From Parasitella parasitica NRRL 2501 (taxonomy: Eukaryota; Fungi; Mucoromycota), in assembly GCA_025201805.1 (NCBI GenBank), contig MU619371.1:41138-87863 (forward strand): a stretch of DNA of 46,726 nt, in the 5' to 3' direction. The stretch's first letter is position 1, and each line of letters begins with the position of its first letter. A model generated the notes under the pieces. That model worked only from the letters and a program-made list of their open reading frames with translations. It was not told the origin of the DNA and did no database searches. Shown here one piece after another: positions 24,033 through 37,112 of the stretch. Both the position numbers and the translations under genes were made by a program.

Positions 24033-24560
24033 GAAGAAGCTTAGCACTTGAACCAATTGCTGCCTAAAGCCAACTCAAGCAATGATTGCATCAAATATCT
24101 GATATTGAACTTCCGTTTCAAGCATTGTACTTTCTTTTGGCATTTTTTTTTAGAGCACCAGCACGTGAAAATGTTTCGTGCAAGAGCCATAGTGAGAGTC
24201 GCACTGCGACGCAAAGTGAGATGCACAGTGAGACGCAAGCCAAAGGCTGTTCAGAAGAAGGTGGATGACAACTTTGAAAGTCCAAGAGTCTTGGAATCAG
24301 CCAAAACCATATCTGCTGATAACTGTAAAAGTTGGATAAGCTATTCGTAATGGTACTCGCTTTTCCAATCAATGTCTGGCCCTTGAGTCAAAAAACTACA
24401 TCTTTCGTCCCTGGACTCTTCTGAGATGTAGTATTGCCCAATATCTACATATCGCCTTTTGAATTGGTGGTACCGGTATAGTGGCATTACTATTTAGCCA
24501 TCAAAATGAAGAAATTTTTTTTTTCCCCAGTTTTCTCCAGTATATCAAAAACTTCATAGC

Positions 24561-25755
24561 ATGGCTACTGACGATGACAATAGTATAGACTTGGCCTTCC
24601 AAGAGGAATCGGGCATCAGTCTACTCAAACAAGATGGTACAGAAGAACTGAAACGTGCACACCAGCAAACAGAAGAAGAAGCGCAGAAAGCTAAACTTTG
24701 TCAAATATGCCAGGAAAAAGATTGGATCTACACCTGTCCGTCATGTTTAACACATTCATGCTCGTTGAAATGCGTCAAGCAGCACAAACAGCGAGATTCT
24801 TGTTCAGGGCAGCGGGACAAGACAGCCTATGTACCATTGCAGAAATACACTGAATCCCACATGATGAGCGGTACGCTTGAAACTGTCCCATACAGCTGCA
24901 GCAATGTACTGACTCTTTTCAATACAGATTACACCTATTTGGAAGATGTGTCTAGACAATCTGATAATATTACTAGAAGCAGAATGGATACGAATAAAGA
25001 CCTCAAATTAAAATCAGCCGAGAATCGAGCTAAAGCGTTTAGTAAAATAGCAAATCAGCACGGAATACATTACTCTTCGCTGCCGATTGGCATGAGCAGA
25101 AACAAATTGAACCAAAGCAACTATAGCAAAAAGTAGGCAAAATCGACGATTTGACGAAAATGAATACCGACTGATTTTATCTAGCCTGAAGCAGATATTC
25201 TGGTCTCTCGAGGTAAATTTCTGCTGCGACGGCAAGAAGGAACGATACTTGGAGCATTCGTAAGTCTCTACAGGCCCTAGCAAACCGCCCACAAAGCGTA
25301 CTGATAACGCAATTAGATTCCCCCAGATTAAGCCGTTTGCTGCATTTTTTGAGAATCTATTGCTGGTAGAAAATCCACAGGGCAAAGGAGCGTACAGCAC
25401 CATCCGCCACCAAGTAAAGTTATTCGTTGATGCGGGAATTGGCCAATTCAATATTGCATTGAAGAAAGAAAAATCGCCTCGAGGACACTTTGTCGATGTA
25501 TCGCATCATATTGATCTGCTGTTCAAAGACGTCTTGAAGGGTGAACAAATCATTGAATACCCAATCTTTTATGTTTGGCTGAAATCTCAGGAACGACCAT
25601 CAGAGATTTTGGTGCTGGAAAAAAAAAGGCAGCTGATAACGACCATAAAGACGGAGAATGAAAGCGGTGTTGTAGAGCGCGCATCCGTGGACAACAAAGA
25701 CGGCGCTGCATCCGAAGAGGCTGCAGAGACAAACGATATGCCTGTGCCAGTATGA
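24561..25755 (+). CDS. BCD1: Box C/D snoRNA biogenesis protein Bcd1/ZNHIT6 (zf-HIT)
   Basis: CQIC...YTCPSCLTHSCSLKCVKQHKQRDSCSGQRDKT zf-HIT, then MMSDYTYLED, LPIGMSRNKLNQS, IFWSLE and LKGEQIIEYPIFYV motifs across exons. Confidence 0.92.
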
Positions 25756-26088
25756 GCAGGACAAATGTGCTGCTAAAGGCTGGTCGGACGTTTGTGCCCA
25801 TGTCCTGTCATATCACAACATGCAAACCCTTTAATAAAACGGGCCGTCATACCGAGCTTTAGTGCTCTTTTTATCAGAAATGAAATGTTTTAGTGAATAA
25901 ACATTTGGAACGGCTTGTGTCGCCCGCTTTTGTCAATATTGAGCCCACCAACCATATTATTGCGTTTAATGCTTTGGAATATATAAATAAATTTTCGACT
26001 CGGCAATTCTTTTACTTTTTTTCTTTTTTCTTTATTTTTCTTTTTTACTACCTCTTTGTAATAAAGAAATCCCCCCCCCCCCTCCAAC

Positions 26089-27323
26089 ATGATCATCAAC
26101 GAATACCGTGTCATCAACAATTGTACCGAGCAGGAATACCAAGTTGGTAAGTATGAAACAAGTCTGTTTTTGTAAAGAAATGACATTGACATTTGACACG
26201 CTGAATAGCTCAATTGTATGCTACTGCTACGGCATCCAAGAACTCCACCGGTGGCGGCGAGGGTGTGGAGGTTTTGAAAAACGAGCCTTACGAAAAGATC
26301 AATGAAAAGACAAAAGAAATGGAAAAGGGCCAGTATACTCACAAAATCTATCGTCTGGAATCTCGTGTTCCTGGCTGGGTTCGCGCCATTGCTCCAGCAG
26401 GCGCACTCGACCTTTATGAAGAGGTAATTGATGATGACTGGATGTCTGATATTTGCTCAACACAGAATCGTTTAGGCTTGGAATGCGTACCCTTATTGTA
26501 AGACTGGTAAGTGTTTCTTTATTTTCTATACGTTTGTGGGGGGGGGGTATGGGAGCCACCAAGGGATAGATAAGGGATTTGCCTCCCTAATCTATTTGTT
26601 TCCTCTGTTTTTTTAACAGGGAAAGGCGAGCCAAATTCGGGGGTTAAATCTTTTTTTTTTCTTCTTTCACTAATCTGAATATACCGTTGCTCATGTAGTT
26701 TTAAAGGTAAAAATGCATTGCAAATAATAGAGTATGGCTACTGATATATGCCTGAAGAATGGGTACATGAAGGAAAACTTTTCTATTGTTTACGAAACTC
26801 TTCACGTTAACAACTCTCGTGGCGAATTGGAAAATGCTCTCAGCATCAACAATGAAGAACTCAAAAAGCGTAAAGTCATCATCATCGATATCGCCCATGA
26901 CAAGATTGATTCGAAAGACTACAAGCCTGAAGAAGATCCTCTGAAATACCATTCTGAAAAGACCGGTCGTGGTCCTTTGGTGGATCCCGAATGGCAAAAG
27001 AACTGTGAGCCTGTGATGACTTGTTACAAGCTAGTCTATATCGAATTCAAATGGTTTGGTATCCAAGGCAAAACCGAGTCTTACATTGCAAAGACGGTCC
27101 ATAATTTATTCACCATGTTCCACAGGCAAGTTATCCTTGACATGTAAACACATGCTGGCTAGTAACACCCCCTTTTTTTTTATACAGACAACTCTTTTGC
27201 TGGACTGACAAATGGTACGGATTAACTATTGACGATATTAGAAAAATTGAGGAGCAAACCAAGAAAGATTTGGATGAAAAGAGAAATGTTGGCACTTCTC
27301 CTCTTGATCAGAGCAGCAAATAG
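26089..27323 (+). CDS. Phosphatidylinositol transfer protein, class I START-like (PITPalpha/beta type)
   Basis: Spliced product MIINEYRV...EYQVAQLY...[14 protein letters not shown]...GQYTHKIY...[19 protein letters not shown]...KTGRGPL...MTCYKLV...FKWFGIQ...[21 protein letters not shown]. Includes an 8-nt micro-exon (26699-26706) and a GC-AG intron (27126-27187). Confidence 0.95.
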
Positions 27324-27377
27324 CTGGGGAAAAATAAACTAGCAACAACATTTAGAAAAAGACGCACACACTGTTTA

Positions 27378-27911
27378 TTATCGTTGCTCCTCATCGGATG
27401 ATGGTGTGGAGCCTTTCACTACATAAAAACTGCCACTTTTTTCCTGTGCCAGGTTCAGTAAATCTCTGCCTCGCATTTCTTTGGCTGATTCGATTTCATT
27501 ATCGTCGCGAAGTATTTGGCCGTCATCTGCTTTCCAGATGTGTGTCAGTGGTCTATCGACAGACGCATCCCACAGTTTAATGTTGTCTGTAAATTGTGTG
27601 AGCTGATCGATCTCTGCTTTCAGCTTTAATTCGTGCTGTTTATCCCTTATAGTAAGCTGAGCAAGACTCAGCAAATGTTTAAATTGCTTGTCTGAAATAG
27701 GCTCTGTTTTTGACTGAAGCAGGGACTCTATAGACCACGTAGGTTTTAAAGGCTAATTTCTTGCATTAGGGCCATGCTATTAACAATTCATCATAATTAC
27801 CAAGCAATATTCGTCAACAGGAACTGGGTAATAATGTCAGTTATTGTTCAAGGCGGCCCACACATTTGCTTTACCTTTTGCAGAATATAACCTTCGAGGC
27901 ACTCGAAACAT
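27378..27911 (-). CDS. Mitochondrial glutamyl-tRNA(Gln) amidotransferase small subunit (GatC/GatF, Gta3-like)
   Basis: Presequence MFRVPRRLYSAK; PTWSIESLL...FKHLLSLAQL...IDQLTQFTDNI...RPL...LLNLA...SFYVVK fits the GatC/F layout. Confidence 0.72.
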
Positions 27912-28469
27912 GATAAAACTAGAATGAAAGGGGGTGAGGCAGCGGGCTTGCCCGCTTGAGCCTTTTAAAGCGGTCATATCTACTACACACACTTGCAATG
28001 AATCAACTCCTTTTCAATTTTGAAATATTGTGTTGTTGGTGGTAAATAATCTCAAATCAAAGTGTATAGTGTGCAGATGTGTTTATTTAAAGACAAATTA
28101 AAAAGTTAATATCTGGTGTGGCTACCATCGCATGCGATGACCTGTTTTACAGCGGACAGGAGGTGATACTTTGGACAAGTTTATCTATATGTTAGACATT
28201 TCACAATATCAGTTGGCTTAATGATAGTAGAACCTAAAACATCGTATTCACGCAAGCCGGTTACTCTCCCAAATATTAGCGTGCTCTTTTATTGATATGT
28301 GAATCACGTTCTTGTAAAGCCATATTTTGGTTTTGTGTCGAGACATGTAGAAAAGGATAGGGATTACGACAAACAGTGACCGCGAGTGCTGATTTATTGC
28401 AAGTGCATTTCTGGATGCTGTGGTGTGATTTCCCCCCTCCCCCCAATTTCTTTTCTCTTTACAGTTTCA

Positions 28470-29502
28470 ATGAGCCAAACAGAATCTAGTGCACTCTTGC
28501 TTCAAAGGCAACTAAAAGGCAAGTATTTTTACTTTTTTTTCCATGCATTATAGTCATAATACAAAATGCTGGCACAAGGAGATTGCTTTTCTCCATGTAA
28601 TTTTTTTCACACCTCTCTAGCGTTTATCAAAGAGAATGGCTAAATGTGTTGATTTTCATGTCAAATGTAGACCTTCAAAAGAATCCAGTTGAAGGGTTTT
28701 CGGCAGGGTTAGCAAACGATAATATTTATGAGGTAAAATACCAACAAACAGCAATCACTAGCTTTGTGTTTTTGCTGAGCAAATCTTTGTAGTGGGAAGT
28801 GCTTGTTATAGGGTCTCCAGACACCTTGTAGTAAAGTATATTTTCTGATCTGACAACTTGGATCCGTTTGTTATGAAATTTTAAATCTTGGCCTGACTCA
28901 TTTTTTTTTATGTGATTTTAGTGAGGGCGGCCTCTTCAAAGCAAAACTTGTATTTCCTAGAGTAGGTTTAACGCAATGGTTGAATGCTTTGCTCGTATTG
29001 ATACGTATTGCTTCTAGTCCTATCCGATTGAACCACCCACAATGTCTTTTCTAACAGAAATGTATCACCCAAACGGTAATTAGAAAAAAAAAAGGTTCTT
29101 CCTTTTGGAGCACACTAAAAAAAAGGGTTAATAGTTTATCCTGATGGCACTGTATGCATATCCATACTTGTGAGTGAAAGCATACAACATACGATCTGTA
29201 AAAAAAAAAAAAAAAAAAAACAATCAGCATCCTCCAGGTGATGATAAATATGGCTATGAGAAAGCAAGCGAGCGCTGGTCTCCAGTTCACACTGTTGAAA
29301 CTATTTTATTGTCAGTTATATCCATGCTATCAAGCCCAAATGATGAATCTCCAGCCAATATAGAAGCAGCTGTAAGAGAAAAATCAGCTGATATTGTTCG
29401 TTGTCTAATTTATCATTCAAACAGAAACAATATCGTGATGACTATCCTCAATTCAAGAAAAAAGTTTCCAGATTAGTTAGGCAATCTGCTGAAATGCTGT
29501 AA
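28470..29502 (+). CDS. Ubiquitin-conjugating enzyme E2, UBE2G/Ubc7 class, multi-exon
   Basis: Spliced [23 protein letters not shown]...WEVLVIG...YEGGLF...[60 protein letters not shown], with the catalytic Cys and the acidic loop insertion. Confidence 0.96.
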
Positions 29503-29672
29503 ATAACCCTGTTAGATAATGAAGATACTGATAATAAAGTATGTGTTGAACCTCCCGAAGCGAGCATCCAGATGATAAATCTTCCTTTGCATTGTCTACT
29601 ATTATGGCCTCATATAAATGACACTTTAACGCATAGTGTTAATAATACATACTGACAAACTGGTTTCTTTAT

Positions 29673-31952
29673 TCAGTAAGGAGGACATTGACTCAACGCC
29701 TTTTCTAGACGATGGTAACGAACAGGTGGCTCTGCTTGCTGCTGCTGCTGCTCTTGAGGCCTTGCCTCGAATTGACTTTCATCATTGGGGACTATTGGCT
29801 TTTTGACAATAGGCTCGTCGAAGATTTCCTCCTTTGCAGGTGCTTGGATCACAATTTGTTCGTTTGTATCGGCAAACCCATTCTCATCATTAGGAACGAC
29901 AATGTTTCCCTCTTCTTTTGCGACGGGCACGGGAACCTCAGTTTGCTGCTTGCCAACAACAACCTTTATAGTGGGAGCTTCTTCTTCGCCGTGTGACGGA
30001 ACTGCCAGCTCTGGTAAATCGTCCTTATTATCCTTGCTTTCCGTGGCCTTGTCATGGGTATCGAAAAGCGCTTGGTCCTCAACTTGAGTGGTAGCCACTT
30101 GTTCTTGCTTTTCTTTCGGGTCCTCTTTAGCAGTTGCAGCTTGATCTTTACTCTTGGGTTTAGACGCTACAATGACAGGCACCTTTTGATTGTCAGGAGT
30201 GTCCGCAGTTTCCTCTTGTTCCTTCCTGACAGGAGATTGTGGTGGAACAGCGAAAGGCTCTTTGTTGACTTCAAACACCTGTTTCTCTGTGCGGATTTCA
30301 AAAACCTCCTTGTCCTCCACATGGACAGGTATAACGTTTTTGTCAGTGGGAGCAATGATAACTTGTTCTTCAGCAGCGTTGCATGTGGGGCAATAGACAG
30401 CCTCTTTTTTATCAGGTTGGGGGGATTCTACTTTCATGTCAACGTATTCCGGTGTAGCAGTGGGGCGGACAGAAACCAGCTTGATAATGTCGTCGTCGTT
30501 GCTAGCATCCTTGGCATTGGTAGCTTTAGTCTGGATGAAATCAGTTGCAGTGACAGTGGTAGTAATGCTGGATGTCGTTGCCTTTTCGTTGGCTAGAGTA
30601 GAAACAGGCTTTTCTTTGACTGGGGCAGCACTAGAAGAGGATTCCGCAGCTTTCTCGGTGGAACTCTTTGGTTTGGTTTTTGCATCTTTTGTAGTAGCAG
30701 CGGTGGGCGTTGTGATTGGGATTTCGAATGTGGACTTGGTAGCGGCAACGGGCGTCTTTGTCTCGACTATAGAGGATGCCACGGTAGATTTTCTAGGCTC
30801 ATTTTTTATAGGCCGTTGAGGGAGTAAAGTTAAAGCGTGATTAAACAATTGATGGGCATGTGTGCGATCCTTGACCAACAACAACAAGGGCTTTACATTC
30901 TTGTCCACATAACTCTTGACGTTTTCGTCATAAAATTTGCTCACATGTGCAGTTGCAGGGTGCGTTTGAACAAAAGGCCGAAACTGATACTGGTAAAAAT
31001 CAATAGTTTCCCAGTAAATGTCGATCAAAATGGGGACGAGGTCTGTGTTCTCAGCTCGATGATATACTCCAAGCACGGTCTCCACGACTCGATCTCTTGC
31101 CTCTTTTACAGGAGTCGGCAGGCTCTCCCATTGTTGCTTGGCAAAATTTTGAGCTATTTCCGCTTGTTTCGATGCTTCATCGAAATACGGCTGTATTTGC
31201 ATCTTGACCTGATTTACCTGAATCTTGGATTTTTCAACGATAGGCGATAATTTGGGATACACATGCTGAACATAAACTTGGGACGCCTGGGCGCAGCCTT
31301 CATCCACCAAAGGCTTTCCATATCGGTCATGCAAAAATGATAGTTTTTTCAGCGCAGGAACACCGTAGTCATTATACAAACCGGATGCTCTTGATACAAA
31401 AGGGCCCACATGAGGATCAATATTGGATTGATAAAACTCTGTTTCATACATCTTGTACAAATCTAATTTGATCGGATCAATGGCTTCGCAAATGGCTGGT
31501 TTATCGCTGTTTTCATCAAAAGGAGAGCCACAAGCATAAATGATGTTGTAACCGAGATAAGTAACAATAGATAGCGAAAGAAGTCGACGAAAGGATGTCC
31601 TCTTGCTACGTTTCTATTTTTTTAAAAAAAAAAAAAGAAAAAAAGGGTTGAGTGTTTACGCTGGCATGATCGAAAAAATCGAAATACTTGCCATTTTGGC
31701 CATGTGGGCATCATTTATACCAACGGATGGGTTTCTGGGCTGAGGAGGTTCCTATCATAATAACCATGAGCATTTTATCTTTTTTTTTTTTTTTTTCTTG
31801 ATCAGGAAATTTTACCGTTTTTCTCTCTATAGACGCACATGTTATTAATTAGTCTGCCATTTTATTACGCATAAAAAACACTTGCCTCCTGGGATTTTGC
31901 CTTTTGCTCCCCCAGTTTTTAATTTTCGGTTTTCAACAGGTTTAGTAGGCAT
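29673..31952 (-). CDS. Uncharacterised single-pass membrane protein: helical domain plus long T/E/K/P-rich low-complexity tail
   Basis: Spliced N-terminus MPTKPVENRK...|ERKT|EPPQ...|KRSKRTSFRRLLSLSIVTYLGYNIIYAC...C joins in frame to the 595-aa ORF. Two GC-AG introns and an 11-nt micro-exon (31816-31826). Confidence 0.8.
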
Positions 31953-32976
31953 TGTTTACTACTCTTTTTCTTTTTCTTAATAAAAAAAAAAAAAAGGTGT
32001 ATAGTAAAGAAGGAAACAAAGACAAACAATACGCGCCTCGTTTTTTGTAGTGATGTCTCGGCTTTACAATTTTTCAATGCAGGCAGCTACAGCTGTGTTA
32101 CAGTTGGGTTTTTTTTTAAAAAATCTTGAAATGCGAAAGCACCGAGCTATCGAACACGCATTACGTAAGAGAATTGATGTATTTAGGTTTGTTTTGTAAC
32201 AATGACTTCTCTTGCCAGCACTATCATAACTATCGTGACAAGAGAATGAGAATGAGAAGCCTCATACTACAATACACTATGTAAAGCTATTAGCCCCAAC
32301 ATCACCATCTGATATGCTTTGAACAATAAATATGCCACACAATCAATGCGTCCGAAATCCATAGTAGAGGGCTGGTCGAATTGTAGTATTCATGTCGCGT
32401 CCCATCTTCAACTTTCACAAGAAAGAAAAAGGAGGCGCATTCACCTCTGATCTACATGAATCTTAATTTGTTTGTGTCAAAATACAGTAAGGATGGTGGA
32501 ACAGTAACGATTATCATTGAGGCAAGCAGCCTTTCGGAGGGAAATATCATAACAAGTGTCAATACCTAAGCTATCTTTAGGAAATTATATGAAAATTTAT
32601 AATATAAAAATCCTGTCTGCATTAAATTAACACCTGTGATCTGTCAAATAGAATCAACTAATATTAGGGGATGTCAATAATGACATACTTTAACAGTGAA
32701 TGGCTATTGTGCTCACGTATCTAGTAACGACGACAGTGCATGCTTGTAAAAGTTTCGCTTAAACTTGGTACGCTGATATTTTTTTGCAGATGCAAATGTA
32801 TTTTCTTTTACATCCAGTGCAAATAATGCAACGATCCGACAGCCTGAATTTTGTGCAAAACTAGGCTTTTCTAAGCGACTGCTGTTAATTCAAAGTAATT
32901 TAGTAATTTTCATCAAAGGGTTTCTTCAAATGGTATAAAACATGGTATATTGGATGGTTGAAAGTTTGATGAAGTT

Positions 32977-34552
32977 TTATAGGAAACTAGTAGCATTTGC
33001 CCGAGGTGGGGACGGAGGTGTACGCGCTCTGCCTGTTGTGGCATTGTATTTTTGCTGTTCTTGCTCTACTCTGCTAAGTCTAGAACAATCGTCATCATTG
33101 CTAATGCTGTTGCGATTGCTTTCAGTTTCTGCTAATAGTAGATTATTCATGGAGTCTTCTGGGCGTTTGGTCATACTGAAGGAGAATCGAGTCTCTTCAT
33201 TTGATTGAATACAGTTTTTTAGGTTTGTTTTGTATCTGGACGATACACTCATCTCAAAAGATGTCAGTTTGCCGCTATTATCTGCAGTGTTTTCATTGCG
33301 TTGTTCTTGTGAAATTCGAGAGTCAGAGGACGATCCAAAGGAGAGGCTTCCCAATTGAGATGCAAATTCAGGGCTGTATAACAAGAATGATGAATTAAAA
33401 ACCGTATCAAACTACGTAATCAGTGAAAACTTACTTCAATAATATAGCTGCTGCCACCACAAAGGTGACAATGGGACCAGCAAGCAGCCAAATAGCTTCA
33501 ACAAGTGTATTGATGACAAGGTTTTCAATGATTGTAGCGCGATATTCGCAATATAGCCCTATAAGGACTGCAAACATCCACATGCAGGTGGAGCCTACAG
33601 CCACGATGATTTTGATCTTCAAGGCACCGGTTCTAAGCTTTTTGATATTGACTATATCAGACTGCCTTTCTAAATGTTTATGTAATAAGCGCATTAAGCG
33701 GATGCCTGCAAACAACAGCAATGTACCCAAGTAACCACAATAGAACGTCCAAAAAATGTATTGAGCCTTGGTTAATTTCAAAGCCATGTGGTTATTACCT
33801 TGTACAGCATAGATACCAGCAGCAATAGCACAGCTCAAGTTGGTTATGAATGGAAATGTGATAGTTATCAAGCAAAGTATGTTGACTATAACATGTGATT
33901 TCACCCAATTACCATAAATCACCCGGCTGCTCTATTCGACCAGAAGAATAAAAACTTTTAGCATTTACAAAAGCTATAGAATTGGGTAATATTTACCTCT
34001 GATAGTGTATATGCTATCCCAAACAGGTAACAAGCAAAACTCGTATAGCCGCAAAGAAAATTAAACTCGAACATGACTATTGCAAGCAGATTATCATCAA
34101 ACAACTGCCAAAAAGTAGAATAAATAGAATCTTACATGATCTGAAAACTGGAACGTTAATGACATCAGTCAACATTACGATAGAGTAAATCGTCTGCACT
34201 GTTTAAAAGTACGTTAATTTGATTCATACTTCATCATACGTAAAGTAGCATAATGAATATATTTACATAAATTGAAGATGGTCCCAAAAAAAAGTATCGA
34301 CTCTATAGGCTTTGGCCGAGGAAATCCATTTTTGATTTCGAATATTTTTTCGTTTTGGTGAACTAGTCGACTGTATAATATAATAACACAAACAGCGCTG
34401 AGGATAGCTTGCGTAACTGTTGCTATTATATACAGAACTTTGCTTATATTCGCTTCTTCGCAGCCGTAGATTGTGTACCGAAAATCACAATGGCATATTC
34501 CAAACTCATTGCAAGGCCTCCAGAATGTTGATTGTAGCTGCGTATCACCCAT
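32977..34552 (-). CDS. Multi-pass (7TM/GPCR-like) membrane protein of unknown function
   Basis: Cys-rich N-terminus (CNEFGICHCDFR...C), RPKPIES motif, several hydrophobic helices across exons and a Ser-rich cytoplasmic tail. Confidence 0.75.
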
Positions 34553-35439
34553 TCTCAATGTCACGAAATATGTTTATAATACAGGTTCAGCACAGAGAAG
34601 TTGTGAAAGAGAAAGAAAGCGAGAATAGAGACAGATGTGCAGAAGTCAAGTACTCAAATTAAGGAGATACACGAGCGTTGCACTTCAAATACACTAGCAG
34701 AAAACAACTTTTTATACAAATTGCAATTGAAAGGGTTTTCCAATCATTATGTTAACAAGGGAAACATACCCTAATTGCGGAAAACTCTATGTTATTACTC
34801 AATCTTTGGATATCCATTAATTTGAATTTGCTTAGAGCAGTTGTCGATGAATACTCATGTGCATGTCTTTAAAACCCTAATGTGGTAAAACCTTATATAT
34901 TTGTACTATTAGTCAATTATGCAAAACAAGATCGTGAAGCAGATGTTTCATCTATCTTTGTCCATCATGAGTTTTATTTTCTTGGTACAGGTACATCAAA
35001 TATCCATGACAGCAAGAGATCTGCAGCTGATAGTTTATGAAAAATGAAAAAAAATCTTCTTTTATTACTCTACACCACCATTACAGTCTGATCAGACTAT
35101 ATCTTTGTTTNNNNNNNNNNNNNNNNNNNNNNNNNNNNNNNNNNNNNNNNTTTGTTTTGCTATGTGGGGCCATACAGCGCTTATTTACTAAATTTCATGC
35201 TACAAAGGAGATCATATTTCCCAAGATCATGCAAAAGCTGCAGAAAACACATGGGGTCACATAACTCCTTGGTACCAAAGCATATTAATTGCATTGCTGA
35301 GAATTGACTCAAGTCATATCAGATGGCGCGATATGCTATACCGTACCATTCGGGCATGTTCTTTACTTTTCACAGCTGCAAAACTATGCAAGTCAAAGTT
35401 AAACTGGCATAGACTTCGTGCTGTTCAAGCGGATGACTT

Positions 35440-35470
<31 letters not shown>

Positions 35471-37112
35471 GAAACCAACCCTTTGTATTTTCAGGAACAC
35501 ACTATAGAGTCAAGTTATTTCTGCACGCTAATGCAGCAGTTCCCTTCTGTGCGTTTATGCTGCTTTGATCGAGACAATGAATTGTTTATTTTCTTTACCC
35601 TGGCTGCGATCATTGAAACTGTCAAACTTTATTTACCATCACAAAAATCTTGACATGCTGTACAGCAATGTATTTTATATGAATAAAAGTACAAACTTTT
35701 GGCTCTGATATGAGGTTGTAAAGTCAAAACAAACAAAAACATCTGGCTTTCGAGGTTTGCTTCGTGTAACTCGAAGCTTTTCCTTGCCAAAAGTGAAAAT
35801 ACTATAAACTTTACGTGAACTATGAAGATCTAAAGGAAACAAATTGCATTTTGTTGTTGCACATTCGTAGGTGAAGCAAAATGAGTGTTGTCTACTAGTA
35901 TAAAATTTAAACTATAACAAATGAGCAACAAGCAAAATGTAGAAGGTTTAAAAAGTAAAGTTCGTATTTACTAGGTTACTCGAAACACTTACTATAGAGA
36001 GGCGGCTACAGCACGCACCGTTACTTTCAGATTATATAAAGCTATCAATAAGTTTCTAATCAAAAGGCCAATTCCCTGTTAGAGAGATGCAAATCAACTT
36101 GGATTTCCTCAGGATAAGATCATATCAGTGCTAAACACAAGCCAAGTTTGCTGGGAGTCAGATTTTGATCTTCTTTAACTTGCTACAGCCGCATCATCTG
36201 TAAGCTTGATTCCGAAAATTTATCCATGACTCTAATATAGTCATATGGGTCAACTTTTTGTTGATTAAATGCATAAACTAATAGAATATCAACTTTGTAG
36301 TAAATAAGTAAATAAAAAAAAAAAGAGACCTGCTAGCTTATTGATAAGAGTTCGCACTTGGCAAAGTCAATGCAATTTATTTTTTGTATTAATAGCGAAT
36401 GGTCGATAGTAAGATAACTTGCTACCCACAGGTAAATTGATGACTATTGGCACCCTCTGTTACAAGTTACCTCGAGCTTGTTAGGGTATCCTCGCTCCAC
36501 TTGTTTGGAATCCTGCTTGGAACCGTTAAATAAAGTACACGGTACATGTATTTCAGCAACACAGCATTATTCTTCTTCACATTGGCGTTGATGAACACTT
36601 ACCTGCTGGGTATTTCTGATGGCGGTTTGTTTTGCGTAGAGGATTCATCGGCTATAGGCATAATTAGTGTCTTTTTGAGGGTCAAAGCAATTTATAGATT
36701 GTCATTCCCTACTTTAGAATATGAATCAACTGTATGCACGATCGAAACCCTTTACTAACATTTTTCGAGATACATTCTGCCTCCATGAATTGTTAAAAAA
36801 TTATCTGGTCCTTACTTGTGATTTCATTCAATAAGTAATTAATAGTACTGTATTAAACCCAGAAGATCTTAATAAACAATTTACTATCTCAAAAATCGTT
36901 GATAAATCGTTGATAAATCCTTAATTCTGTTTTCCGATGTTCAAAGTTATACTGGAGATCCTTCTAAACTTAGATTGTTAATCTCAGGAGATGTTATGAA
37001 TGCAGAGAGAAAATATAGAGATTCTTTTGATTTACAACCACAATCATTAGTTGTATTATCAAGTAGTAATTTACTGTGGAGTCCTAAAGATTCTGCAACT
37101 GTCGTTTAAACG

